The notes: generated by a model from the letters alone, not told the origin. 64,000 bases of DNA from Acidobacteriota bacterium (GCA_965217775.1 CBDCJH010000002.1:4544001-4608000); one strand, 5' to 3'; positions 1 through 9,798 are shown, counted from the first letter of the stretch. A program made the numbers and translations.

Positions 1-199
1 GATCTACCACGTCCTGAAGGGACGCGGCCGCTTCACCGTGGGCAACGAAACCCACACCCTGGAAGAAGGCGAGGCCACCTGGGCGCCGTCGGGCGAGCCC
101 CACGGCGTGCTCAACCATTCCGGAGATCCCCTGATCTGCCTGGTCTTCATGGCTCCCCATCCCAGACCCGGCCGATTCGCCGCGGCGGGTGAAGATTGA
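1..199 (+). CDS. cupin-domain protein, 3' part (runs off window start)
   Basis: Frame 2 reads IYHVLKGRGRFTVGNETHTLEEGEATWAPSGEPHGVLNHSGDPLICLVFMAPHP..., a cupin motif 2 (G-x5-P-x-G-x2-H-x3-N). TGA at 197-199 overlaps the next start. Not in the ORF track. Confidence 0.8.
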   Translation, partial: IYHVLKGRGRFTVGNETHTLEEGEATWAPSGEPHGVLNHSGDPLICLVFMAPHPRPGRFAAAGED

Positions 200-1703
200 A
201 ACCATGTTCTGCCGGTCCCTGCCCCTTTCCTCCGACCCCGCGGCGCTGTACGCGCGGCTGAGCCGGACCCGCGGCCCCTGGGCGGCCCTGGACAGCGGTT
301 GGAATCCCGGAGGCACGCGCGTCGGCCCCCTCTCCCGGTTCTGCATCTGCGCCGTCGACCCGTTTGCCCTCCTCACTGCGCGGGGGAACCGGGCGGTCCT
401 GACCTGGAAAGACGGGCGCTGCGAACGAGGATCGACCCTTTCCCTCCTCCGGGACGTTCTGAGCCGCTTCCGGCTCCCGCACGCGAACTGGCCGACCCCC
501 TTTCCGGCGGGGGCCATAGGATATTTCGGTTATGAGCTCGGGGCGCTCATGGAGCCGGCTTTCGGTGCACTATCGGGATCGGACGAAGAGACGGACCTGC
601 CCGATCTCTGGCTGGGACTGTTCGATTCCGCCGTGACCATCGACCTGGAGCGGGAACGGATCCTGCTCACCGCCACCGGCCGGCCCGATGCCGGTGACCG
701 GGCCCGCCAACAAGCCGAATCCCGGATTCGCGAGCTGACCGCGGCAGTCGAATCCGCGGCAGCGGACTCGATGCAAGGCCTCGACCCGGCACCGCCGGCA
801 CCCGCCGCCGGGGACGGCTTCGATTCCAACTTCACTCCCGCCGGGTTCGCCGGAGCCGTCAACCGGATCAAGGAGTTCATCGCCGCCGGCGACATCTACC
901 AGGCCAACCTCTCCCAACGCTTCCGGACCCGCTACGAAGGGGATCCCTTCCGGCTCTTCCTGGGACTGCGCCAAGCGGCCCCCGCTCCCTTCTCCGCCTT
1001 CCTGGAGGGTGGAGACTTCGCCGTGGTCAGCATGTCCCCGGAACGCTTCCTTCACCTGGACCCGGAGACGCGCCGGATCGAGACCCGTCCCATCAAGGGG
1101 ACACGGCCGCGTGGGAACACCGGCGCCGAGGACCGTTTGCTGGCCCGGGAGCTCGTCCAGAGCGAGAAGGACCGGGCCGAGCACGTCATGATCGTGGACC
1201 TGGAGCGGAACGATCTGGGAAGGGTGGCCCGGGTGGGCACGGTCCAAGTCCGGGAATTGTCGCTGCTGGAAACCTTTCCCACGCTGTTTCACCTGACCTC
1301 GACGGTGGAGGGAATCCTGGCCCCCGGCCGCGACCGTGTGGATCTCCTCAAGGCCACCTTCCCCGGAGGCTCCATCACCGGAGCTCCCAAGATCCGGGCC
1401 ATGCAGGTGATCGACGAGCTGGAAACGGTCCGGCGAGGGATCTACACCGGGTCCCTCGGCTACCTGAGCTTCAGCGGCGGGATGGATTTGAACGTGGCCA
1501 TTCGCACCATCGTCATCCAGGAAGGCCGGGCGGAGTTTCACGTGGGCGCCGGCATCGTGGCCGACAGCGACCCGGAAGGGGAATACCAGGAGACGCTGGT
1601 CAAGGGCCGGTCCTTGCGGGAGGGATTGGAGGCTGCCGAAACACCGGACCCGGTCCCGCGGAGCCGATCCGCGGCAAGGTTGCCGGCAGATCGGATTTTC
1701 TAA
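189..1703 (+). CDS. pabB: aminodeoxychorismate synthase component I (chorismate-binding enzyme)
   Basis: GDIYQANLSQRF, SPERF, TRPIKGT (PabB-type PIKGT), EHVMIVDLERNDLGRV, FPGGSITGAPKIRAM. Confidence 0.88.
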   Translation: MKIETMFCRSLPLSSDPAALYARLSRTRGPWAALDSGWNPGGTRVGPLSRFCICAVDPFALLTARGNRAVLTWKDGRCERGSTLSLLRDVLSRFRLPHANWPTPFPAGAIGYFGYELGALMEPAFGALSGSDEETDLPDLWLGLFDSAVTIDLERERILLTATGRPDAGDRARQQAESRIRELTAAVESAAADSMQGLDPAPPAPAAGDGFDSNFTPAGFAGAVNRIKEFIAAGDIYQANLSQRFRTRYEGDPFRLFLGLRQAAPAPFSAFLEGGDFAVVSMSPERFLHLDPETRRIETRPIKGTRPRGNTGAEDRLLARELVQSEKDRAEHVMIVDLERNDLGRVARVGTVQVRELSLLETFPTLFHLTSTVEGILAPGRDRVDLLKATFPGGSITGAPKIRAMQVIDELETVRRGIYTGSLGYLSFSGGMDLNVAIRTIVIQEGRAEFHVGAGIVADSDPEGEYQETLVKGRSLREGLEAAETPDPVPRSRSAARLPADRIF

Positions 1704-1762
1704 TAGAATAGCTGTCCTTCCGCCTGGAGACTTCAGGCTTGGGCGTGACGTTTCGAATATGT

Positions 1763-1840
1763 GGTGGGCGTAGCTCAGTCAGGTAGAGCACAGGGTTGTG
1801 GCCCCTGTGGTCGTGGGTTCAAGTCCCATCGCCCACCCCA
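1763..1840 (+). tRNA. tRNA-His(GTG)
   Basis: G-1 plus GTGGGCG/CGCCCAC acceptor stem, anticodon arm CAGGG-TTGTGGC-CCCTG, GGTTCAAGTCC T-arm, encoded CCA. Confidence 0.97.
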
Positions 1841-1848
1841 TGCCTCAA

Positions 1849-2006
1849 CAGCCCGTGGCAAAAGTCATCACGGCATTCGACCGTCCCTGCATCCCGGCGG
1901 ACGGCGTTGCGATTCGGGCACATACTCCCGGTATGCACCCGAATCGCGCCTTGTCCGGCGGGCGCAGGAACGGTCTCGGTGCTCGCGGGACTTTCACCAC
2001 GGACTG
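1849..2006. mobile_element. 158-bp MITE-like element, copy 1
   Basis: Terminal inverted repeats CAGCCCGTGGCAAAAGTC / GACTTTCACCACGGACTG; flanked by TCAA direct repeats (1845-1848, 2007-2010); second inverted copy at 9594-9751. Confidence 0.8.
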
Positions 2007-2135
2007 TCAAGAAATTCCAAATTTCAAACTGAAGAAGGGGGATGGCCGGCGGTATCGGCCCTCCTCAGTAAAATCCAGGGGCGCCCCTGGTGTGTGTGGG
2101 CGCCCTTGTGACTTCGGCTCCGGGCCGTGGAGAGT

Positions 2136-2414
2136 TCAGGGCCGGCTCGGAGGATTGCCTGAATTGTCCTGCTGGCGACTGAGCGACTTGGCCAACAGAT
2201 TCCGGATTTGGATCAGTAAGGCTAGAGCTCCACAGACGGCGATTGCCATCGCGACGCCGGTTAGCAGCCCGGTGAAGATACCCCCCGCTCCGGAGGCTGA
2301 AACGCCCGACATCAGCCCCAGCAGGACGAGCACGATCGCCAGCAGGCCATTGAGCGGGACGATGGAATCGGCCAGGAGACGGTTGATTTGTTCGACTAGA
2401 TTCATGTCCGCCAA
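2136..2414 (-). CDS. small membrane protein (2 predicted TM helices), unknown function
   Basis: 92-aa ORF with two hydrophobic stretches; start may be ATG at 2405. Confidence 0.6.
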   Translation of the reverse strand: MADMNLVEQINRLLADSIVPLNGLLAIVLVLLGLMSGVSASGAGGIFTGLLTGVAMAIAVCGALALLIQIRNLLAKSLSRQQDNSGNPPSRP

Positions 2415-2486
2415 TATAGCAAGAAGAGGAGTGAGGAACGAGAGCAGACCCCATTCTTGATTGCTCTCCGGTTCTATCTTGGCAAC

Positions 2487-3686
2487 TCAAAAATGTTCGC
2501 TGCACCAGGGAGGGACGTCGACCCGGAACATGGCGTCCGCTTCGCTGAGTTTCTTCGAGTTGCGGGCATGGACCCGGCCCGCGCGGGACAGCGTGCGGAA
2601 GCTCACGCCGCCGAGGTAGGCGGCGCCCAGCTCGTTGGCCGTCAGCTCCAGGTCCGGCTGGCCTGTGGTCGGACGGCAGGTGGCTCCGTCGGGCCCTCCT
2701 TCCAGCTCGAAGCGGCCCCGGTTCCAAGGACAGCTTGCGTCCTCCAACTCCAAGACCAATCTGCCCGATGAAGCGTACCGGCGAGCCGAGAGAGCCGCCG
2801 GAGCGTCCACCAGCCGAAGCCAGAGAGAGTCGCCGGGAGAGCGCTTCAGATGACGCGGGTCCGCCAGCATCCAGAGCAGGGGGTCCTGCAGGGGGCGGTG
2901 CCGAGCTTGGATGGTGGTCATCAGGTCCACTCCGAAGCAGAACTGCCAAAGCGCTCTCTGAGCCCGCGAGTTGAGGCCGCAGAGTTCCTCCACTGCGACC
3001 GTAAGATCCCGGGGCCGGATCCGGTAGATAACGTAGCCTTCCACGCTGGATCCGTCCCGGTACGCGGCGTGGATCAACCGGGTTGCATCCCGGCAGCCCT
3101 GATCCTGGGGGTCGCCCAGCGCCAGTTCCCAGCGCGCGGCTCGACGATGGACGGTCCCCACCCGCCGGGACAGGGACTCCTCATGAACCCGGGGAAAGAG
3201 ATCCGATGCCTCGGACCGGGAGACGAAATCCACCCGTCCCGCCCCGGAGTCACCGGGAATCAGCTGCGTCCGCAGCCGGTCGATGGCCCAAGACTCGTGG
3301 AAGGTGGCGATCCCGTATCCGAAGCGCCCGTAGATGATGCTCTCGGAGGCGTAGAGGCCGGTGGCCGGCTCTCCCCGTTCATGCATGTCCCGGAGCTGGC
3401 GGTTCATCATCCGGGTCATGAGACCCCGCCGCCGATGCGTGGGCTGGACCGTCACGCCGGCCAAAGCCCCCATGGGAAGCCAGCCTCCCGGGATCCGCAT
3501 CCGGAAGGAGTGGACGTTGATGGTGCCCACGATTCGCCCCGAGTCGTATGCGGCCCAGGAGCGATCCAGTTCCACCGGAGTGCGGCGGATTTGAGATTCC
3601 GGGATGCTGAACCCGAAACCGCTGACCTTGGCCCGGATCCAGGCGGGATAGTCGTCAGCGGTGAGTCGCCTCAACTCGATGCTCAT
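2487..3686 (-). CDS. eis: Eis-family GNAT N-acetyltransferase (GNAT-GNAT-SCP2)
   Basis: VTVQPTHRRRGLM acetyl-CoA motif, LYASESIIYGRFGYG, LWLRLVD, C-terminal PWCSEHF; start MSIEL overlaps the upstream stop (ATGA at 3683-3686). Confidence 0.9.
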   Translation of the reverse strand: MSIELRRLTADDYPAWIRAKVSGFGFSIPESQIRRTPVELDRSWAAYDSGRIVGTINVHSFRMRIPGGWLPMGALAGVTVQPTHRRRGLMTRMMNRQLRDMHERGEPATGLYASESIIYGRFGYGIATFHESWAIDRLRTQLIPGDSGAGRVDFVSRSEASDLFPRVHEESLSRRVGTVHRRAARWELALGDPQDQGCRDATRLIHAAYRDGSSVEGYVIYRIRPRDLTVAVEELCGLNSRAQRALWQFCFGVDLMTTIQARHRPLQDPLLWMLADPRHLKRSPGDSLWLRLVDAPAALSARRYASSGRLVLELEDASCPWNRGRFELEGGPDGATCRPTTGQPDLELTANELGAAYLGGVSFRTLSRAGRVHARNSKKLSEADAMFRVDVPPWCSEHF

Positions 3687-5890
3687 GGAACCAGCGCCAC
3701 CTCGACCTGAAACCGGCCGAATCGATTCTGATCTCCCTCCAACTCGAAGGCCAGGATCTTCTCGGGACGAGATCTGCAGACCTGGACCCGCGTCCATTCC
3801 CGGGTCCGAACGACAACTCGATAATCCCGCTCCGGCAGGACATTGTAAAGGCAGAGGCCGTGGCGGCGAATCAGCCTAAGATCCAGGGTGACCGTCGAGT
3901 CGGCGGCGGCGTAGACGGCGTTCAAGATCCGGAGGCCCTTGGAGTTGGCGTTCAGCAGCAGCGGGCAGCCGGGGGGCGGCGGCCCCAACCGAAGGGTCGC
4001 CTGCTCTCCGGGCTCCAGGGGAGGCGCCGTGAAATAGCGTCCATCCACGATGTGAATGTAGTTCACTCCGTCCGCCGAGACCCCTTCCACGGGAACGTCG
4101 CTCTCCACCATGAACCCTTCCAGGCGCCGGCCTGTCGGGTTGGCCACCGTCACGCTCTCGGGAGAGTTCGCGCGGAAGCGGATGGACTCATAATCGTTCA
4201 TCGTCTCGTACAGCATCTTCTCGCTGGCCAACCAGAAGCCGCGCCGCTCGGCAAGAGTGATGGCGTAGATCAGGTAGTCCAGGGTTCCTCGGCCGTGGTT
4301 GACGCTGGCGTCGGCGCTGAAGAGGGGATGGTATTGGAGCGTGTAGACTCCGTTCTCCAACCAGTAGGGGTCTTCTTCACCATCGCCCGAACCCAGTTCG
4401 AATTCCCAGGGGGGTTTTCGGGTGGTGGCCTCCTGAGCCGGGGAAGGGGCTTTCCCATGCCGGCCCGAGTAGATCAGGTCCACCAGGCTGTAGTCGCAGT
4501 CGTATTCGTGGGTCCGATCCCAACCCCGCAGTGCCCGGTGTTTCTCCACGCGGGTGATGACCGGATGATAGGGGAACCAGAAACCGGTGCTGGCCACGGT
4601 GTAGCTGCCGTCGGTCTCGTAGGCATGCTCGCCATATTCCCACATGTCGTAGAAGCAGAAGGTGCAGGTTCCCAGCACCTGGGGAACCTGCTCGTACAGA
4701 TAGTCCATGGCGTCCAGGGTCTCGGGATGGGCGTGGGCCCCGCCGTGCCGGCCGCAGGTGTAGACCCGGATCCCCAGACGCTCCTCCGTGATCCGGACGT
4801 GGTCGTAGAGCCCCTTTCCCACCAGATAGGTGGGCGGCGCGCCGGCCAGGCTGTCATTGTGAAGCCCCGCCTCCAGGAACTCGTACTTGCCGACCTCGCG
4901 AACCCAGAGCCGGGACTGCTCCCCGGTGGCGGAATCGGCTGCAATGACCGGGTCGAGAATGTCCCAACTGGCCGGCACCAGGTTGGCCGCTTCGTACTCC
5001 AACATGGCGAGGTCGGCTGAATTGTCCACGTCGTGCCGCAGGGAGAGGACGCCCCGGTAACTGCCGAACGCGCGCAGCCGGGAGCAAGGAAGTCCCTGGT
5101 TCCGCTCCTTCAGGAGCCGGGCCAGGAAGTAGACCAGCGTGTCTCCCCAGTGGACCGGGTTGTTCCAGTTCCGGATCTCGTCCACGTACAGGTGCGCCTG
5201 CAGGACTCCACCCAGGAACTCGAAGACCTGGTTGGCCACGTAGAGGGTGTTTCCGTTGAGGACGATCCCGTCGCCGAGCCGGCTCCGCGTGGCGGTCGAG
5301 GCGTTCCGGAGGTCTCCCGTAATCTCGTAGAGACCGGCCGGGACCTGTGCGCCGGCGGCGGCTTCGACGCGGTGGACGGAGCCGCCTCGGGCTCCCGAGA
5401 CGTAGAGATCCTCCCAGGTGGAAGCGTCACTGAAGGGGGAATCGTCCGTCCATCCCCAGCCACTGTAGCCCTGGGGCCGCTCAAGCCGGGATCGCTCCAG
5501 ACCCAGGAGCGCGTGGGGGAGATTGGTCCTGCCCGTCACCATGAGAAAGAATTCCGGGTCCCGGAGGCGGTCCCGGATCCGGGAACGGGTGCTCTCCTCC
5601 AGGCGGGCGGCGTTGGGAATCACGAGAGTCTGATACTTCGGGATCGATTCCCGCAGCTCCTCCTCGTCGACGGTGTCGTGCTTCAGGTTCAGCCGGTTGA
5701 GGAAGGCGGAGGCGGCGTTGGGCGCCAGATAGGCGTACTCCCCCTTGAGCCAGCGGGCCGGTTCTCCCCAGGCATCGGTGAACTCGTAGATCCGGTCTCG
5801 GTCCAGGGCCTCCCGGACGTAGAGCTGCCGCGAGCTCTCGCTTTTGAGCAGGGCGATGTTCTGGCGCAGGTTCGGTGGCATGTCGGTCAC
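3683..5890 (-). CDS. 735-aa protein with putative polysaccharide-deacetylase (NodB/CE4-like) central domain
   Basis: Long ORF in operon; motifs VLSLRHDVD, EAGLHND, GRHGG, YTLQYHP resemble CE4-like barrel motifs; N-terminus resembles a GATase-like/trimerisation fold (weak). Confidence 0.55.
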   Translation of the reverse strand: MTDMPPNLRQNIALLKSESSRQLYVREALDRDRIYEFTDAWGEPARWLKGEYAYLAPNAASAFLNRLNLKHDTVDEEELRESIPKYQTLVIPNAARLEESTRSRIRDRLRDPEFFLMVTGRTNLPHALLGLERSRLERPQGYSGWGWTDDSPFSDASTWEDLYVSGARGGSVHRVEAAAGAQVPAGLYEITGDLRNASTATRSRLGDGIVLNGNTLYVANQVFEFLGGVLQAHLYVDEIRNWNNPVHWGDTLVYFLARLLKERNQGLPCSRLRAFGSYRGVLSLRHDVDNSADLAMLEYEAANLVPASWDILDPVIAADSATGEQSRLWVREVGKYEFLEAGLHNDSLAGAPPTYLVGKGLYDHVRITEERLGIRVYTCGRHGGAHAHPETLDAMDYLYEQVPQVLGTCTFCFYDMWEYGEHAYETDGSYTVASTGFWFPYHPVITRVEKHRALRGWDRTHEYDCDYSLVDLIYSGRHGKAPSPAQEATTRKPPWEFELGSGDGEEDPYWLENGVYTLQYHPLFSADASVNHGRGTLDYLIYAITLAERRGFWLASEKMLYETMNDYESIRFRANSPESVTVANPTGRRLEGFMVESDVPVEGVSADGVNYIHIVDGRYFTAPPLEPGEQATLRLGPPPPGCPLLLNANSKGLRILNAVYAAADSTVTLDLRLIRRHGLCLYNVLPERDYRVVVRTREWTRVQVCRSRPEKILAFELEGDQNRFGRFQVEVALVP

Positions 5891-5923
5891 TCCTGATCGC
5901 AGCTCCCGGCGAGGGAGGGTTTT

Positions 5924-6778
5924 TCAAATCTTCAGCCGCGGGTCCAGGGCATCGCGAAGCCCGTCCCCGAGAAAATTTACGCTCAACAGGCTCAGGAAAA
6001 TCAAGAGACCCGGGAAGATGGCCAACCAGGGGGCGACCTTCAGGTAGTGCTGAGCGTTGAGCAACATGTTGCCCCAACTGGGAAGGGGAGGCTGAATGCC
6101 GAGCCCCAGGTAGCTGAGGCTGGACTCGGCCAGGATGGCGTAGCCCAGGTTGAGGGTCGCGTAGACGATGATGGGAGCCATGGTGTTGGGCAGGATGTGC
6201 CGCAGAATGATTCGCCAGTCGGGAATCCCCACCACCCGGGCCGAGTCCACAAACTCCATCTCCCGCAGCGAGAGGAAGGAGCCGCGAACGATGCGCGCCA
6301 GGCCCATCCACCCGAAGACCACCAGGATGCCGACGATCTCCCAGACGGTCCCCTTCCCCAGGCGGGAGAGGATCAGGAGCAGGGGCAGGCTGGGAATGGA
6401 GAGCATGAGGTCGGTGAAACGCATCAGGAGGGTGTCGATGAAGCCCCCGAAGTATCCCGAGACGGCGCCGATGAGGATGCCGGCCAGGGCGCTCAGCAGA
6501 GCCGCCGAGAGGCCCACGAAGAGGGAGACGCGCCCTCCCTGCAGCAGCCGCGTCAGGACGTCGCGGCCCAGCTCGTCCGTCCCCAGCCAGTGGGACGGTG
6601 AGGGGGGTTGCAGATGCTGCTGCAATTGGACCCGGCTGTAGCTGTGAGGCGAGAGCCAGGGTCCCAGCAGCGAGGCCAGGGCGATGATTCCCAGGAGGCT
6701 CAAGGAGACCATGGCCAAGCGATGCCGGCGGAGCCTCTGCCAGGCGGTGACGCCCGATCGGGGTCGAGACGGTTCCAT
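5924..6778 (-). CDS. oppC: peptide/nickel ABC transporter permease (OppC/DppC type)
   Basis: HWLGTDELGRDVLTRLLQGGRVSL, EFVDSARVVG (EAA loop), RHILPN, GDGLRDALDPR. Confidence 0.93.
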   Translation of the reverse strand: MEPSRPRSGVTAWQRLRRHRLAMVSLSLLGIIALASLLGPWLSPHSYSRVQLQQHLQPPSPSHWLGTDELGRDVLTRLLQGGRVSLFVGLSAALLSALAGILIGAVSGYFGGFIDTLLMRFTDLMLSIPSLPLLLILSRLGKGTVWEIVGILVVFGWMGLARIVRGSFLSLREMEFVDSARVVGIPDWRIILRHILPNTMAPIIVYATLNLGYAILAESSLSYLGLGIQPPLPSWGNMLLNAQHYLKVAPWLAIFPGLLIFLSLLSVNFLGDGLRDALDPRLKI

Positions 6779-6787
6779 GGTGGGCGG

Positions 6788-7744
6788 TTACTCCATTCGG
6801 ATCCTGGGGTCCAGAAAAGCGTAGGCCACTTCGGCCAGGAGATTGAACAGGGCCACCAGCACCCCGAAGATGAGGAAGATGGCCATGGCCAGGTAATAAT
6901 CGTTGTTCATCAGCGAATCGAAGATCAACCTCCCCATGCCGGGCCACGAGAAGACGATCTCGGTCACTACGGCTCCCCCGATCAGGGCGGGAATGGTCAG
7001 GGCGATCAGGGTCACGATGGGAATCAGTGCGTTCCTGAGGGCGTGGCGCACCCAGATCATCCTCCCCGTAAGACCCTTGGCCCGGGCCGTCAGAATGTAG
7101 TCCTGTCGGATCACCTCCAGCAGGCTGGAGCGCATGTAGCGCATCCAACTGGCGGTGCTGAAGAAGCTGAGCACCAGAACCGGAGCGACGTAGTAACGGG
7201 CCTGCCCCCAGAAGCCCAGACCCGGCTCGATGGAGGGATGCCCTCCCGGCGGCAGCCAGCCCAGAACCACCGAGAAGAGGAGGATCACCAGAATCCCCGA
7301 CCAGAACACGGGAAAGGAGATCCCCACGAAGGCCACCAGCGAGAGCAGATAGTCGACCACGGAATACTGGCGCAGAGCGCTGTAGACCCCGATCGGTATG
7401 GCGATGAGGATGCTCACCAGCAGGCTGAGACCGGTCAGGGCCAGGGTGTTGGCCAGACGTTGGGGAAGGATGCTGGTGATGGGACGATGGTAGAGGCGGG
7501 AATAGCCCAGGTTCCCCTGAACGACCTGGGACAACCAGCGGAAGTACTGGACGTGAATCGGATCGTCCAGGCCGTAGACCTCCCTCAACCGCTGCACCTC
7601 CTCCGGAGTCACGTTGGGATTGGACAGCACCAGCATGTCCATGGGGTCCCCCGGCGCCAGTTGCATCAATGTGAAAACCACCACGGTCACGAAGAAGACC
7701 ACCGGAATGGTCTGCGCCGTCCGCTTCAGCAGGTGTCGATACAT
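6788..7744 (-). CDS. oppB: peptide/nickel ABC transporter permease (OppB/DppB type)
   Basis: LAPGDP, YGLDDPIHVQY, DYILTARAKGL, HALRNALIP, FSWPGMG, LDPRIR; start at MYRHLLKR. Confidence 0.93.
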   Translation of the reverse strand: MYRHLLKRTAQTIPVVFFVTVVVFTLMQLAPGDPMDMLVLSNPNVTPEEVQRLREVYGLDDPIHVQYFRWLSQVVQGNLGYSRLYHRPITSILPQRLANTLALTGLSLLVSILIAIPIGVYSALRQYSVVDYLLSLVAFVGISFPVFWSGILVILLFSVVLGWLPPGGHPSIEPGLGFWGQARYYVAPVLVLSFFSTASWMRYMRSSLLEVIRQDYILTARAKGLTGRMIWVRHALRNALIPIVTLIALTIPALIGGAVVTEIVFSWPGMGRLIFDSLMNNDYYLAMAIFLIFGVLVALFNLLAEVAYAFLDPRIRME

Positions 7745-7807
7745 CACTCGACTCCGTCGAGAAACCACCACTCCGAGAGAATAGAGCGTACAGGTCCCTG
7801 CCATAGA

Positions 7808-7832
7808 GGGCACCCACAAGGGGTACCCCTAC
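7808..7832 (-). repeat. GTAG-type REP hairpin (GTAGGGGYACCCCTTGTGGGTGCCC family)
   Basis: Related copies at 14127-14168 and 28051-28075, each at a gene 3' end. Confidence 0.7.
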
Positions 7833-9523
7833 GGTCGTACAGGTCCCAGGCGCCACTCGTGTACTCCCCAGCCCAGATAGAGATCCGGATACGGAGTGTA
7901 CCCCTCCAGCCTCCGATCCATGCTCACGACCCGGACGTGCCAGTAGAGGGGAAGCGTGGGCAGTTCCCGTGCCCAGACTTCCTGTTGCCGGCGCAGCAGG
8001 CCATACCGCTTCTCATCGTCGATGGTGCCCAGGGCCTGCCGGATCAGGTCCTTGTTCTCCTGGACCGCATCCCAAGGCGACCCTTCCCTCAACTGATCCA
8101 GGTTGGTGCCCTTGGGCCACCAGAGCCCATAGGCCGACACCGTGGCTTCGGGCTGGACCACCCAGCGCCAGATGGCCGCGCCTCCCGGCGGTAGATTCTG
8201 CTTCTGCAGCGTTCCCGGGAAGAGCAGCCGTGCCGACTGGGGCCGGATCTCCACTTGGATCCCCAACTCCTGCCACAGGGCCTGAACCACCGTCGCCACC
8301 TGCAGCCGGGTCCGGTCGCCCGCCACCGTGATCAGGGTCAGGCGCATGGCCTCTCCCCGGGCGTTCCGGAGCGGACCGTCCCCTTGCCGGGACCAACCCG
8401 CCTGCTCCAGGAGTCTGCGAGCCCGTTCCGGATCATAGCGATACTTTTCCAAATCGGGATTGTGAGCCGGATGATTGGGGTGGACCCAGGAGTGGGCCGG
8501 CGGCTGCTTGCCTCTGAAGATCGCCTGGTTGATGCCGGCCCGGTCGATGGCCAGGAGAAGGGCCCGCCGCACCCTGAGGTCGTCGAAAGGCGGATGGTTG
8601 ATCTGCACTGTTGCGTGTTCCAGCCAGGCCACGCCCACGTATCGGATCCCGATCCCGGGAGTCTCCTCCAATTCCCGGGCCTGCTCCAGCGTGAGCCAGC
8701 CGTCGGTGAGATGGACCTGCCGGGTGGAGACGGCGATGGCCAGGGCGTTGAGATCGGGAATCACCCGCACCAGGATCCGTTCCAGGCTGGGCGGCGGACC
8801 CAGGTTGTAGGCCGGGTTCCGGACCAACAGGATATGGCTGCCCGAGACCCACTCCCGAACCTGGAAGGGACCGTTCGCTTTCGGGTACACGCTGACCCTC
8901 TCGTCGGCCAGGAAACGATCCCAGTAGGCCCCTCCCTCCGAACGGTACTGTTCCCAGATGGGACGGTAGTAGTGCTCGGGGATGAGACGCAGCCGGACGT
9001 CGGCGTTCCCGAAGGGCCAGAGTGTCTTGTAGACGACCCGGAGCGTATGGGAGTCCAGGGCCTCCACGGCGCCGATGGGCTCCAGGTAGGACGCCCCGTG
9101 AGGGTACTGCTCGTCACTCATGAGCTCCCAGGCGAAGGCGGCATCGCCGGCGGTAATCTCGTTTCCGTCGGCCCACTGCAGCCCCCGCCGCAGATGGAAG
9201 GTGGTCTCCACCACCCCGTTTTCGTAGTCCACCTTCCAGAGACCGTTCTCCCGGCTGGGCAGCTCCGTACAGAGCACGCAGTAGGGTTTTCGCTGGGAAT
9301 CGATGAGCAGCAGCGGACGCCAGATGAAGGAGCCGACGTCGCCCGAGACCATCAGGTTTCCCACGATTCCGAAGAGGGCGTCCGGTTCCTGGGAAACCCC
9401 GATCACCAAGGTCTTCTCCGGGTCCTGAATGGGGAGGTCCGCCTGGCTGGCGCAAGCCGGGGCGGCCAAAGAGGCGAGGATCACCAGGAGCGAGATACGC
9501 AAGGACAGCGGCAGCGTCGACAT
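7829..9523 (-). CDS. oppA: peptide ABC transporter substrate-binding lipoprotein (family 5)
   Basis: Signal peptide ending LAAPAC; SQEPDAL, F.LR.GLQWADG, NGPF.VREW, VRRALLLAIDR, YDPERARRLLEQAGW. The ORF-track N-terminal extension comes from the MITE. Confidence 0.9.
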   Translation of the reverse strand: MSTLPLSLRISLLVILASLAAPACASQADLPIQDPEKTLVIGVSQEPDALFGIVGNLMVSGDVGSFIWRPLLLIDSQRKPYCVLCTELPSRENGLWKVDYENGVVETTFHLRRGLQWADGNEITAGDAAFAWELMSDEQYPHGASYLEPIGAVEALDSHTLRVVYKTLWPFGNADVRLRLIPEHYYRPIWEQYRSEGGAYWDRFLADERVSVYPKANGPFQVREWVSGSHILLVRNPAYNLGPPPSLERILVRVIPDLNALAIAVSTRQVHLTDGWLTLEQARELEETPGIGIRYVGVAWLEHATVQINHPPFDDLRVRRALLLAIDRAGINQAIFRGKQPPAHSWVHPNHPAHNPDLEKYRYDPERARRLLEQAGWSRQGDGPLRNARGEAMRLTLITVAGDRTRLQVATVVQALWQELGIQVEIRPQSARLLFPGTLQKQNLPPGGAAIWRWVVQPEATVSAYGLWWPKGTNLDQLREGSPWDAVQENKDLIRQALGTIDDEKRYGLLRRQQEVWARELPTLPLYWHVRVVSMDRRLEGYTPYPDLYLGWGVHEWRLGPVRP

Positions 9524-9593
9524 CTGCAGTTCCTGACTCCCATCTTGCCCGATCCGGGCTCGCGGCGGTATATTGGCCGTCTCCAAGGCCCGG

Positions 9594-9751
9594 CAGTCCG
9601 TGGTGAAAGTCTCGCGAGCACCGAGACCGGTCCTGCGCCCGCCGGACAAGGCGCGATGAGGGAGCATACCGGGAGTATGTGACCGAATCGCAACGCAGTC
9701 CGCCGGGATGCAGGGACGGTCGAATGCCGTGAGGACTTTTGCCACGGGCTG
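9594..9751. mobile_element. 158-bp MITE-like element, copy 2 (inverted)
   Basis: Near-identical reverse complement of 1849-2006; sits in the divergent oppA/oppD intergenic region; no clear target duplication. Confidence 0.8.
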
Positions 9752-9798
9752 CCAAGGTCAACCGTCCCGCGTAGAAGGGCGACTGGGGATCCGCACCT

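Noticed and set aside
1761-2111. ORFs overlapping tRNA-His and the MITE
   Set aside because: The sequence is explained by the tRNA and the repeat element.
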